IMG/VR virus record: IMGVR_UViG_2721755710_000002
Strand: one strand, 5' to 3'
DNA length: 44,549 nt
From: a virus
Lineage: Duplodnaviria; Heunggongvirae; Uroviricota; Caudoviricetes
The notes under the pieces were generated by a model. The model searched no databases and was not told where the DNA came from. It saw only the letters and a program-made list of their open reading frames with translations. A program made the position numbers and the translations under genes. Shown in pieces: positions 26,385 through 36,024 of the stretch (position 1 is its first letter; the number at the start of each line of letters is the position of its first letter).

Positions 26385-29300
26385 TTTGGGGATTGATGCG
26401 GCAGAGTTTAAAAATGAAATTCCCCGTATCAAAAACCTTCTGAATGGTGCAGCCAGCGATGCAGAACGGTCTTCTGCCCGTATGCAGCGTTTTATGGAGC
26501 GTCAGACTCAGGTCGCCCGGCAGACAATGCAGGCGGCTTCTTCGGCTGCAACAGCCGCATCCGTCCATGCGCAGACGATGGAGAAGAGCGCACAGGCTCA
26601 TGAACGCATGGCCCGCGAGGTGGAGCAAACCCGCCAGCGTATGGAGGCACTGAGCCAGAAAATGCGCGAGGAACAGGCGCAGGCCATGGCTCTGGCGGAG
26701 GCTCAGGATAAAGCGGCTGCCGCGTTTTATCGTCAGATTGACAGTGTGAAACAGGCCAGTGCGGGACTGCAGGAATTACAGCGTATTCAGCAGCAGATCC
26801 GACAGGCCAGAAACAGTGGCGGGATTGGTCAGCAGGATTATCTGGCGCTGATTTCTGAGGTTACGGCGAAAACCGGTGTTCTTACGCAGGCTGAGGCAGA
26901 GGCTACCCGACAGAAAGTGGCGTTTATCCGTCAGCTTAAAGAGCAGGCAACCCGCCAGAATCTTTCTTCTTCTGAGTTGCTTCGTGCTAAGGCTGCCCAG
27001 CTGGGGGTAAGCAGTGCTGCAGAAGTGTATATCCGCAAAATGGAGCAGGCAGGAAAAGCCACGCATTCGCTGGGTCTGAAAAGTGCAGCGGCCCGCCAGG
27101 AGATAGGCGTTCTGATAGGTGAACTGGCTCGCGGCAATTTAGGTGCGCTGAGGGGATCCGGGATAACGCTGGCTAACCGTGCCGGATGGATAGACACACT
27201 GATGTCACCGAAAGGCATGATGCTGGGCGGGGTTATTGGCGGTATTGCCGCGGCCGTCTATGGTCTGGGTAAAGCCTGGTATGATGGTCAGAAGGAGGGG
27301 GAAGAATTTAACCGCCAGTTGTCGCTGACGGGGCATTATGCCGGAGTCACTGCCGGGCAGCTGTGGACGCTCAGTCGTGCTATTTCCGGGAATGGTATTA
27401 CGCAACATGCTGCAGCCGGTGCGCTGGCTCAGGTGGTGGGGAGTGGTGCATTTCGTGGAAACGATATCGGTATGGTGGCGAGAGCTGCCGCACAGATGGA
27501 GCGATCGGTTGGCCAGTCGGTCAGCGATACCATAAATCAGTTTAAGCGGCTAAAGGATGATCCTGTAAATGCCGCGAAGGCTCTGGACAATGAGCTGCAT
27601 TTTCTTACTGCCACTCAGCTTGAGCAGATACGCGTCCTTGGGGAACAGGGGCGGTCCAGTGATGCGGCACGGATAGCCATGTCTGCACTGGCAGAGGAAA
27701 CCGGTCGGCGTACTGCGGATATTGATAATAACCTCAATGCGCTGGGCAGTACGCTGAAGTATCTGTCTGATTTATGGAGTCGTTTCTGGGATGCGGCCAT
27801 GAATATTGGTCGTGAAGACTCGCTGGATGAACAGATTTCCGCTTTACAGGAGAAAGTGTCGCGGGCGAAAAGACTCCCCTGGACGGCATCATCTTCTCAG
27901 GTTGAGTACGATCAGCAGCGTCTTAACGAGCTTCAGGAGAAAAAACGCCAGAAGGATTTGCAGGATGCAAAAGAGCAGGCAGAGCGGAATTATCAGGAGC
28001 AACAGAAACGCCGTAATGCTGAAAATGCTGCACTGAACCGGATGAATGAAACGGAAGCAGCACGACATCAGCGTGAAATTGCGCGTATTAATTCCATGCA
28101 GTACGCCGATCAGGCTGTCAGGGATGCGGCGATACAACGTGAAAATGAACGTTACGAGAAAGCCCTGGCATCCGGTAAGAAAAAAACACGCGAACCCCGT
28201 AATGATGAGGCCACCCGGTTATTGCTGCAGTACAGTCAGCAACAGGCACAGGTGGAAGGACAGATTGCTGCTGCCAGACAGTCAGCAGGCATTGCCACGG
28301 AAAGGATGACAGAAGCGCATAAACAGCTTCTGGCTCTGCAGCAGCGCATCAGCGACCTGGACGGGAAAAAACTGACGGCAGATGAAAAGAGTGTGCTGGC
28401 CCGTAAAGATGAACTGATTCAGGCACTGACGCTGCTGGATGTAAAACAGCAGGAGCTTCAGAAACAGACGGCACTCAACGAGCTGAAGAAAAAAACAATT
28501 CAGCTGACCAGTCAACTGGCTGAAGAAGAGCGCGCTCAGCGTCAGCAACATGACCTGGATATCGCCACGGTGGGTATGGGTGATCAGCAGCGGCAGCGAT
28601 ATCAGGTACAACTGAATCTTCGCCAGAAATACCAGCAACAGCTGGAGCAGTTGAGGCGGGATAGTGAGCAGAAAGGGACATATAACACGGATGACTACAG
28701 AAAGGCCGAGCAGGCGCTGACGGAGAGCCTGAACCGACAACTGAATGAGAATCGCCGTTACTGGCAACAGCTTGAAGTTGTGCAGGGTAACTGGAAAAAC
28801 GGAGTCCTGCGTGCATTTCAGGATTTTACCGTGGATGCAGATAATACGGCAGGAACAGCAGAACAGGTGTTCTCGTCAGCCTTCAGCAACATGGGAAATG
28901 GCCTGGCAACTTTTGTCACTACCGGCAAACTCAATTTCAAATCCTTCACCTCTTCTGTGCTGTCAGATATGGCGAAAATCCTGGCGCAGGCAACCATGAT
29001 GAAATCGATAAAAGGGATTGGCAGTGTACTGGGATTTGATCTCAGCAGCCTTTCCCTGAATGCCAATGGGGGGATTTATCAGTCTGCTGATTTGAGTCGT
29101 TACAGTGGCACGGTGGTTAACCGTCCGACGTTTTTTGCTTTTGCAAAAGGCGCGGGTGTGATGGGGGAAGCGGGACCTGAAGCCATTCTGCCACTGCGTC
29201 GTGGTGCTGACGGTAAGCTGGGGGTTGTGGCGGATATTGGTGGTTCAGGTATGGCGATGTTTGCCCCGCAGTACAACATCGAGATCAATAACGATGGCAC

Positions 29301-29421
29301 GAACGGGCAGATAGGTCCGGCTGCCCTGAAGGTGGTTTATGACCTCGGGAAAAAAGCGGCAGCGGACTTTATGCAACAGCAGGCCCGTGATGGTGGTCGG
29401 TTAAGTGGAGCATATCGGTAA
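26356..29421 (+). CDS. tail tape measure protein (gpH-like)
   Basis: ~1020 aa, coiled-coil-rich (Gln/Ala/Arg/Glu repeats); position after G/T. Confidence 0.85.
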   Translation: MDQIANLVIDLGIDAAEFKNEIPRIKNLLNGAASDAERSSARMQRFMERQTQVARQTMQAASSAATAASVHAQTMEKSAQAHERMAREVEQTRQRMEALSQKMREEQAQAMALAEAQDKAAAAFYRQIDSVKQASAGLQELQRIQQQIRQARNSGGIGQQDYLALISEVTAKTGVLTQAEAEATRQKVAFIRQLKEQATRQNLSSSELLRAKAAQLGVSSAAEVYIRKMEQAGKATHSLGLKSAAARQEIGVLIGELARGNLGALRGSGITLANRAGWIDTLMSPKGMMLGGVIGGIAAAVYGLGKAWYDGQKEGEEFNRQLSLTGHYAGVTAGQLWTLSRAISGNGITQHAAAGALAQVVGSGAFRGNDIGMVARAAAQMERSVGQSVSDTINQFKRLKDDPVNAAKALDNELHFLTATQLEQIRVLGEQGRSSDAARIAMSALAEETGRRTADIDNNLNALGSTLKYLSDLWSRFWDAAMNIGREDSLDEQISALQEKVSRAKRLPWTASSSQVEYDQQRLNELQEKKRQKDLQDAKEQAERNYQEQQKRRNAENAALNRMNETEAARHQREIARINSMQYADQAVRDAAIQRENERYEKALASGKKKTREPRNDEATRLLLQYSQQQAQVEGQIAAARQSAGIATERMTEAHKQLLALQQRISDLDGKKLTADEKSVLARKDELIQALTLLDVKQQELQKQTALNELKKKTIQLTSQLAEEERAQRQQHDLDIATVGMGDQQRQRYQVQLNLRQKYQQQLEQLRRDSEQKGTYNTDDYRKAEQALTESLNRQLNENRRYWQQLEVVQGNWKNGVLRAFQDFTVDADNTAGTAEQVFSSAFSNMGNGLATFVTTGKLNFKSFTSSVLSDMAKILAQATMMKSIKGIGSVLGFDLSSLSLNANGGIYQSADLSRYSGTVVNRPTFFAFAKGAGVMGEAGPEAILPLRRGADGKLGVVADIGGSGMAMFAPQYNIEINNDGTNGQIGPAALKVVYDLGKKAAADFMQQQARDGGRLSGAYR

Positions 29422-29750
29422 TGGAGACGTTTCACTGGAAAGTGCGCCCGGATATGAATGTGGTATCAGAGCCGAAAGTGGTGACAGTGAAGCTGGGCGA
29501 TGGTTATGAACAGCGTCGTGCGGCGGGACTGAATAACCAGTTGTCGATTTACAGCGTGACGATACGTGTTCGTAAATGTGAACACCCATCTTTAAAAGCC
29601 TTTCTGGAACGGCACGGTGGCGTCCGCGCATTTCAGTGGACGCCACCTTATGACTGGAGGCCGATCAGGGTGGTTTGTCGTAAATGGTCGGCAAGCGTGG
29701 GGGCGCTGTGGATAACCATAACGGCAGATTTTGAACAGGTCGTGGCATAG
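29421..29750 (+). CDS. minor tail protein M
   Basis: 109 aa, same length and position as lambda gpM. Confidence 0.8.
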   Translation: METFHWKVRPDMNVVSEPKVVTVKLGDGYEQRRAAGLNNQLSIYSVTIRVRKCEHPSLKAFLERHGGVRAFQWTPPYDWRPIRVVCRKWSASVGALWITITADFEQVVA

Positions 29751-29759
29751 GAGGCTCTG

Positions 29760-30458
29760 ATGCAGGATATTCCACAGGAAACACATCATGAGACGACACG
29801 CCTCACTCAGTCAGCCCAGGTGGTGCTCTGGGAAATCGATCTGACAGAGGTCGGTGGTGAACGTTATTTTTTCTGTAATGAGCAGAACGAAAAAGGTGAG
29901 CCGGTTACCTGGCAGGGGCGGCAGTATCAGGCATACCCCATTCAGGGGACGGGATTTGAACTGAATGGCAAGGGCAGTGCTGCCCGTCCGACACTGACGG
30001 TTTCTAACCTGCACGGCATGGTCACCGGGATGGCGGAAGACCTGCAGAGTCTGGTCGGCGGAACGGTGGTCCGGCGTAAGGTTTACGCCCGTTTTCTGGA
30101 TGCGGTGAACTTCGTCAACGGAAATAGTGACGCCGATCCGGAGCAGGAGGTGATCAGCCGCTGGCGCATCGAGCAGTGCAGCGAACTGAGCGCGGTGAGT
30201 GCCTCTTTTGTACTGTCCACGCCGACGGAAACGGACGGTGCCGTTTTTCCGGGACGTATCATGCTGGCCAACACCTGCACCTGGACCTATCGCGGTGACG
30301 AGTGCGGTTATCACGGTCCGGCGGTCGCGGATGAATATGATCAGCCGACGTCCGATATCACGAAGGATAAATGCAGCAAATGCCTGAGCGGCTGTAAGTT
30401 TCGCAATAACGTCGGCAACTTTGGCGGCTTCCTTTCCATTAACAAACTTTCGCAGTGA
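29760..30458 (+). CDS. minor tail protein L
   Basis: 232 aa, same length and position as lambda gpL; C-terminal Cys cluster. Confidence 0.8.
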   Translation: MQDIPQETHHETTRLTQSAQVVLWEIDLTEVGGERYFFCNEQNEKGEPVTWQGRQYQAYPIQGTGFELNGKGSAARPTLTVSNLHGMVTGMAEDLQSLVGGTVVRRKVYARFLDAVNFVNGNSDADPEQEVISRWRIEQCSELSAVSASFVLSTPTETDGAVFPGRIMLANTCTWTYRGDECGYHGPAVADEYDQPTSDITKDKCSKCLSGCKFRNNVGNFGGFLSINKLSQ

Positions 30459-31207
30459 ATCCCATGACAGAGACAGAATCAGCGATTCTGGCGCACGCCC
30501 GGCGATGTGCGCCAGCGGAGTCGTGCGGCTTCGTGGTGAGAACACCGGAGGGGGAAAGATATTTTCCCTGCGTGAATATCTCTGGTGAGCCGGAGGCGTA
30601 TTTCCGGATGTCGCCGGAGGACTGGCTGAGTGCAGAAATGCAGGGAGAGATTGTGGCGCTGGTCCACAGCCACCCCGGTGGTCTGCCCTGGCTGAGTGAG
30701 GCCGACCGGCGGCTGCAGGTGCAGAGTGATTTGCCGTGGTGGCTGGTCTGCCGGGGGGCGATTCATAAATTCCGCTGTGTGCCGCATCTCACCGGGCGGC
30801 GCTTTGAGCACGGGGTGACGGACTGTTACACGCTGTTCCGGGACGCTTACCATCTGGCGGGAATTGAGATGCCGGATTTTCATCGCGGGGATGACTGGTG
30901 GCGTCACGGCCAGAATCTCTATCTTGACAATATGGAGGCAACGGGTTTTTACCGTGTCCCACTGACAGAGGCGCAGCCTGGCGACGTGCTGCTGTGCTGT
31001 TTTGGTTCATCGGTGCCGAATCATGCCGCCATTTACTGTGGCGACGGCGAGCTGCTGCACCATATTCCTGAACAACTGAGTAAACGAGAGAGGTACACCG
31101 ACAAATGGCAGCGACGCACACACTCCCTCTGGCGTCACCGGGCATGGCGCGCATCTGCCTTTACGGGGATTTGCAACGATTTGGTCGCCGTATCGACCTT
31201 CGTGTGA
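30455..31207 (+). CDS. tail assembly protein K (JAB/MPN plus NlpC/P60 domains)
   Basis: …VALVHSHPGG… (JAMM-like) plus a downstream Cys/His region; the ORF runs 103 nt into the next gene. Confidence 0.75.
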   Translation: MNPMTETESAILAHARRCAPAESCGFVVRTPEGERYFPCVNISGEPEAYFRMSPEDWLSAEMQGEIVALVHSHPGGLPWLSEADRRLQVQSDLPWWLVCRGAIHKFRCVPHLTGRRFEHGVTDCYTLFRDAYHLAGIEMPDFHRGDDWWRHGQNLYLDNMEATGFYRVPLTEAQPGDVLLCCFGSSVPNHAAIYCGDGELLHHIPEQLSKRERYTDKWQRRTHSLWRHRAWRASAFTGICNDLVAVSTFV

Positions 31208-31752
31208 AAACGGGGGCTGAAGCCATCCGGGCACTGGCCACACAGCTCCCGGTGTTTCGTCAGAAACTGAATGAGGGCTGGTATCAGGTGCGCATTGCCG
31301 GGCGTGATGCAGGCGAAAATGAATTATCTGCCCGTCTTAATGAGCCGCTGGCAAATGGTGCCGTGATCCACATCGTGCCGCGTCTGGCGGGAGCTAAAAG
31401 TGGCGGTGTGTTTCAGGTGGTGCTTGGGGCGGCGCTGATTGCGGTGGCATGGTGGAACCCTGTGGGCTGGCTGGGGGCCGCGGCTGTATCGGGCATGTAT
31501 GCGGCAGGGGCCAGTATGATCCTGGGCGGAGTGGCGCAGATGCTGGCACCGAAAGCCAGGACGCCCACGGCAGCCAGTACAGATAACGGCAAACAGAACA
31601 CCTATTTCTCCTCACTGGATAACATGGTTGCCCAGGGCAATGTTCTGCCGGTTCTGTACGGTGAAATGCGCGTGGGGTCACGCGTGGTTTCTCAGGAGAT
31701 CAGCACGGCAGACGAAGGGGACGGTGGTCAGGTTGTGGTGATTGGTCGCTGA
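31105..31752 (+). CDS. tail assembly protein I
   Basis: The N-terminus MAATHTLPLASPGMARICLYGDLQRFGRR and the C-terminus closely match the recalled lambda gpI. Confidence 0.75.
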   Translation: MAATHTLPLASPGMARICLYGDLQRFGRRIDLRVKTGAEAIRALATQLPVFRQKLNEGWYQVRIAGRDAGENELSARLNEPLANGAVIHIVPRLAGAKSGGVFQVVLGAALIAVAWWNPVGWLGAAAVSGMYAAGASMILGGVAQMLAPKARTPTAASTDNGKQNTYFSSLDNMVAQGNVLPVLYGEMRVGSRVVSQEISTADEGDGGQVVVIGR

Positions 31753-31770
31753 TGCAAAATGTTTTATGTG

Positions 31771-31795
31771 AAACCGCCTCCGGGCGGTTTTGTCG
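31771..31795 (+). terminator. hairpin plus T-rich tract between I and J (partial terminator)
   Basis: AAACCGCC-tccg-GGCGGTTT followed by TGTCGTTT. Confidence 0.45.
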
Positions 31796-31812
31796 TTTAT
31801 GGAGCGTGAGGA

Positions 31813-34800
31813 ATGGGTAAAGGCAGCAGTAAGGGGCATACCCCGCGCGAAGCAAAGGACAACCTGAAGTCCACGCAGTTGCTGAGTGTGATCGATGCCA
31901 TCAGCGAAGGGCCGGTTGAAGGTCCGGTGGATGGATTAAAAAGCGTGCTGCTGAACAGTACACCGGTGCTGGACAGTGAGGGGAATACTAACATCTCCGG
32001 TGTCACGGTGGTGTTCCGGGCAGGTGAGCAGGAACAGACACCGCCGGAGGGATTTGAATCATCAGGTTCCGAGACGGTACTGGGTACGGAAGTGAAATAC
32101 GACACGCCGATCACCCGGACCATCACGTCGGCAAACATTGACCGTCTGCGCTTTACCTTCGGTGTGCAGGCACTGGTGGAAACCACCTCAAAGGGGGACA
32201 GGAATCCGTCGGAAGTTCGCCTGCTGGTTCAGATACAACGTAACGGTGGCTGGGTGACGGAAAAAGACATCACCATTAAGGGCAAAACCACCTCGCAGTA
32301 TCTGGCCTCGGTAGTGGTGGATAATTTGCCGCCGCGCCCGTTCAACATCCGGATGCGCAGGATGACGCCGGACAGCACCACAGACCAGCTGCAGAACAAA
32401 ACGCTCTGGTCGTCATACACCGAAATCATCGATGTGAAACAGTGCTACCCGAACACGGCACTGGTCGGCGTACAGGTGGATTCGGAGCAGTTCGGCAGCC
32501 AGCAGGTGAGCCGTAATTATCATCTGCGCGGGCGCATTCTGCAGGTGCCGTCGAACTATAACCCGCAGACGCGGCAATACAGCGGTATCTGGGACGGAAC
32601 GTTTAAGCCAGCATACAGCAACAACATGGCCTGGTGTCTGTGGGATATGCTGACCCATCCGCGCTACGGCATGGGGAAACGTCTTGGTGCGGCGGATGTG
32701 GACAAATGGGCGCTGTATGTCATCGGCCAGCATTGCGATCAGTCGGTGCCGGACGGTTTTGGCGGCACGGAGCCGCGCATCACCTGTAATGCGTACCTGA
32801 CCACACAGCGTAAGGCGTGGGATGTGCTCAGTGATTTCTGCTCGGCGATGCGCTGTATGCCGGTATGGAACGGGCAGACGCTGACGTTCGTGCAGGACCG
32901 ACCATCGGATAAGGTGTGGACCTATAACCGCAGTAATGTGGTGATGCCGGATGATGGCGCACCATTCCGCTACAGCTTCAGCGCCCTGAAAGACCGCCAT
33001 AATGCCGTTGAAGTGAACTGGATTGACCCGGATAACGGCTGGGAGACGGCAACAGAGCTTGTGGAGGACTCGCAGGCCATTGCCCGTTATGGTCGTAACG
33101 TCACGAAGATGGATGCGTTTGGCTGTACCAGTCGGGGGCAGGCGCACCGCGCCGGGCTGTGGCTGATTAAAACGGAGCTGCTGGAAACGCAGACCGTGGA
33201 CTTCAGCGTGGGTGCTGAAGGGCTTCGCCATGTACCGGGCGATGTCATTGAAATCTGCGATGATGACTATGCCGGTATCAGCACCGGCGGGCGCGTGCTG
33301 GCGGTGAACAGCCAGACCCGGACGCTGACGCTCGACCGTGAAATCACGCTGCCATCCTCCGGTACCACGCTGATAAGCCTGGTTGACGGAAGTGGCAATC
33401 CGGTCAGCGTGGAGGTCCAGTCCGTCACCGACGGCGTGAAGGTAAAAGTGAGCCGTGTTCCTGACGGCGTTGCCGGATACAGCGTATGGGGGCTGAAGCT
33501 GCCGACGCTGCGCCAGCGCCTGTTCCGCTGCGTGAGTATCCGTGAGAACGATGACGGCACGTATGCCATCACTGCCGTGCAGCATGTACCGGAAAAAGAG
33601 GCCATCGTGGATAACGGGGCGCACTTTGACGGCGACCAGAGCGGCACGGTGAATGGTGTCACGCCGCCAGCAGTGCAGCATCTGACCGCAGAAGTCACCG
33701 CAGACAGCGGGGAATACCAGGTGCTGGCCCGCTGGGACACGCCGAAGGTGGTGAAGGGGGTGAGCTTCCTGCTTCGCCTGACCGTGGCAGCGGATGACGG
33801 CAGTGAGCGGCTGGTCAGCACGGCCCGGACGACGGAAACCACTTACCGCTTCACGCAACTGGCGCTGGGGAACTACAGGCTGACAGTCCGGGCAGTAAAT
33901 GCGTGGGGGCAGCAGGGCGATCCGGCGTCGGTATCGTTCCGGATTGCCGCACCGGCAGCGCCGTCGCGGATTGAGCTGACGCCGGGCTATTTTCAGATAA
34001 CCGCCACGCCGCATCTTGCGGTTTACGATCCGACGGTACAGTTTGAGTTCTGGTTCTCGGAAACGCGGATTACCGATATCAGGCAGGTTGAAACCACAGC
34101 CCGCTACCTTGGCACGGGGCTGTACTGGATAGCCGCCAGTATCAATATCAAACCGGGCCATGATTATTACTTTTATATCCGCAGTGTGAACACCGTTGGC
34201 AAATCGGCATTCGTGGAGGCTGTTGGTCAGCCGAGTGATGACGCATCCGGCTATCTGGATTTTTTCAAAGGCGAGATAGGGAAAACCCATCTGGCTCAGG
34301 AGCTGTGGACGCAGATTGATAACGGTCAGCTTGCGCCTGACCTGGCTGAAATCAGGACATCCATTACGGATGTCAGCAATGAAATCACACAGACCGTCAA
34401 TAAGAAACTGGAAGACCAGAGTGCAGCGATCCAGCAGATACAGAAGGTTCAGGTTGATACAAATAATAACCTGAACAGCATGTGGGCCGTGAAACTGCAG
34501 CAGATGCAGGACGGACGCCTTTATATTGCGGGTATCGGTGCCGGTATTGAGAATACGCCAGCAGGAATGCAGAGTCAGGTGCTGCTGGCGGCAGACAGGA
34601 TTGCGATGATTAATCCTGCGAATGGCAACACAAAGCCGATGTTTGTTGGTCAGGGTGATCAGATATTCATGAACGATGTGTTCCTGAAATATCTGACGGC
34701 TCCCACCATTACCAGCGGCGGTAATCCTCCTGCATTTTCCCTTACACCGGACGGGCGACTGACGGCGAAAAATGCGGATATCAGTGGCAGTGTGAATGCG

Positions 34801-35292
34801 AACGCCGGGACGCTCAACAATGTCACGATAAATGAAAACTGTCGGGTTCTGGGAAAACTGTCTGCGAACCAGATTGAAGGCGATCTCGTTAAAACAGTGG
34901 GCAAAGCTTTCCCCCGGGACTCCCGTGCACCGGAGCGGTGGCCATCAGGGACCATTACCGTCAGGGTTTATGACGATCAGCCGTTTGACCGGCAGATTGT
35001 TATTCCCGCGGTGGCGTTTCGTGGCGCTAAACATGAGCGGGAGAATAACGATATTTATTCGTCATGCCGCCTGATAGTGAAGAAAAACGGTGCTGAAATT
35101 TATAACCGTACCGCGCTGGATAATACGCTGGTTTATACAGGTGTTATTGATATGCCTGCTGGTCGCGGTCACATGACGCTGGAGTTTTCGGTATCAGCGT
35201 GGCTGGTAAATGACTGGTATCCCACAGCCAGTATCAGTGATTTGCTGGTTGTGGTGATGAAGAAATCCACAGCAGGTATCACGATTAGCTGA
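31813..35292 (+). CDS. central tail fiber / host specificity protein J
   Basis: 1159 aa; N-terminus [45 protein letters not shown]… matches the recalled lambda gpJ start. Confidence 0.9.
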   Translation: MGKGSSKGHTPREAKDNLKSTQLLSVIDAISEGPVEGPVDGLKSVLLNSTPVLDSEGNTNISGVTVVFRAGEQEQTPPEGFESSGSETVLGTEVKYDTPITRTITSANIDRLRFTFGVQALVETTSKGDRNPSEVRLLVQIQRNGGWVTEKDITIKGKTTSQYLASVVVDNLPPRPFNIRMRRMTPDSTTDQLQNKTLWSSYTEIIDVKQCYPNTALVGVQVDSEQFGSQQVSRNYHLRGRILQVPSNYNPQTRQYSGIWDGTFKPAYSNNMAWCLWDMLTHPRYGMGKRLGAADVDKWALYVIGQHCDQSVPDGFGGTEPRITCNAYLTTQRKAWDVLSDFCSAMRCMPVWNGQTLTFVQDRPSDKVWTYNRSNVVMPDDGAPFRYSFSALKDRHNAVEVNWIDPDNGWETATELVEDSQAIARYGRNVTKMDAFGCTSRGQAHRAGLWLIKTELLETQTVDFSVGAEGLRHVPGDVIEICDDDYAGISTGGRVLAVNSQTRTLTLDREITLPSSGTTLISLVDGSGNPVSVEVQSVTDGVKVKVSRVPDGVAGYSVWGLKLPTLRQRLFRCVSIRENDDGTYAITAVQHVPEKEAIVDNGAHFDGDQSGTVNGVTPPAVQHLTAEVTADSGEYQVLARWDTPKVVKGVSFLLRLTVAADDGSERLVSTARTTETTYRFTQLALGNYRLTVRAVNAWGQQGDPASVSFRIAAPAAPSRIELTPGYFQITATPHLAVYDPTVQFEFWFSETRITDIRQVETTARYLGTGLYWIAASINIKPGHDYYFYIRSVNTVGKSAFVEAVGQPSDDASGYLDFFKGEIGKTHLAQELWTQIDNGQLAPDLAEIRTSITDVSNEITQTVNKKLEDQSAAIQQIQKVQVDTNNNLNSMWAVKLQQMQDGRLYIAGIGAGIENTPAGMQSQVLLAADRIAMINPANGNTKPMFVGQGDQIFMNDVFLKYLTAPTITSGGNPPAFSLTPDGRLTAKNADISGSVNANAGTLNNVTINENCRVLGKLSANQIEGDLVKTVGKAFPRDSRAPERWPSGTITVRVYDDQPFDRQIVIPAVAFRGAKHERENNDIYSSCRLIVKKNGAEIYNRTALDNTLVYTGVIDMPAGRGHMTLEFSVSAWLVNDWYPTASISDLLVVVMKKSTAGITIS

Positions 35293-35312
35293 ATTTTCAT
35301 AACCCATATGCG

Positions 35313-35336
35313 GGCGCCATTTCTGGCGCCTTTTTT
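35313..35336 (+). terminator. intrinsic terminator after J
   Basis: GGCGCC-atttct-GGCGCC followed by TTTTTT. Confidence 0.7.
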
Positions 35337-35360
35337 ATTGCAGAAAAGCGAGAGGTAATT

Positions 35361-35960
35361 ATGCGTAAAGTTTGTGCAGCCATTTTGTCCGCAGCCATCT
35401 GTCTGGCCGTATCCGGTGCGCCTGCATGGGCGTCTGAGCAGCAGGCCACACTGAGCGCAGGGTATCTTCATGCCCGTACGAACGCTCCCGGCAGCGATAA
35501 TCTGAACGGGATTAACGTGAAATACCGTTATGAGTTTACGGACACGCTGGGGCTGATTACGTCATTCAGTTATGCCAACGCTGAAGATGAGCAAAAAACG
35601 CATTACAGCGATACCCGCTGGCATGAGGATTCCGTGCGTAACCGCTGGTTCAGCGTGATGGTGGGGCCGTCTGTGCGCGTGAATGAATGGTTCAGCGCGT
35701 ATGCGATGGCGGGTATGGCTTACAGCCGTGTGTCGACTTTCTCCGGGGATTATCTCCGCGTAACTGACAACAAGGGGAAAACGCACGATGTGCTGACCGG
35801 AAGTGATGACGGTCGCCACAGCAACATGTCTCTGGCGTGGGGGGCTGGCGTGCAGTTTAACCCGACCGAATCCGTGGCCATTGATATTGCTTATGAAGGC
35901 TCCGGCAGTGGCGACTGGCGCACTGACGGTTTCATCGTGGGTGTTGGTTATAAGTTCTGA
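35361..35960 (+). CDS. lom: Lom-like outer membrane protein (Ail/Lom/PagC family moron)
   Basis: Signal peptide plus beta-barrel; C-terminus …DIAYEGSGSGDWRTDGFIVGVGYKF matches the recalled lambda Lom. Confidence 0.85.
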   Translation: MRKVCAAILSAAICLAVSGAPAWASEQQATLSAGYLHARTNAPGSDNLNGINVKYRYEFTDTLGLITSFSYANAEDEQKTHYSDTRWHEDSVRNRWFSVMVGPSVRVNEWFSAYAMAGMAYSRVSTFSGDYLRVTDNKGKTHDVLTGSDDGRHSNMSLAWGAGVQFNPTESVAIDIAYEGSGSGDWRTDGFIVGVGYKF

Positions 35961-35986
35961 TTAGCCAGGTAACACAGTGTTATGAC

Positions 35987-36013
35987 AGCCCGCCGGTTCA
36001 GGCGGGCTTTTTT
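35987..36013 (+). terminator. intrinsic terminator after lom
   Basis: AGCCCGCC-ggttca-GGCGGGCT followed by TTTTT. Confidence 0.7.
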
Positions 36014-36024
36014 GTGGGGTGAAT

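Noticed and set aside
32413-34290. 625-codon ORF antisense to gene J
   Set aside because: Fully embedded antisense to a strongly supported structural gene in GC-rich DNA; an Arg/Pro/Ala-rich product typical of spurious antisense frames.
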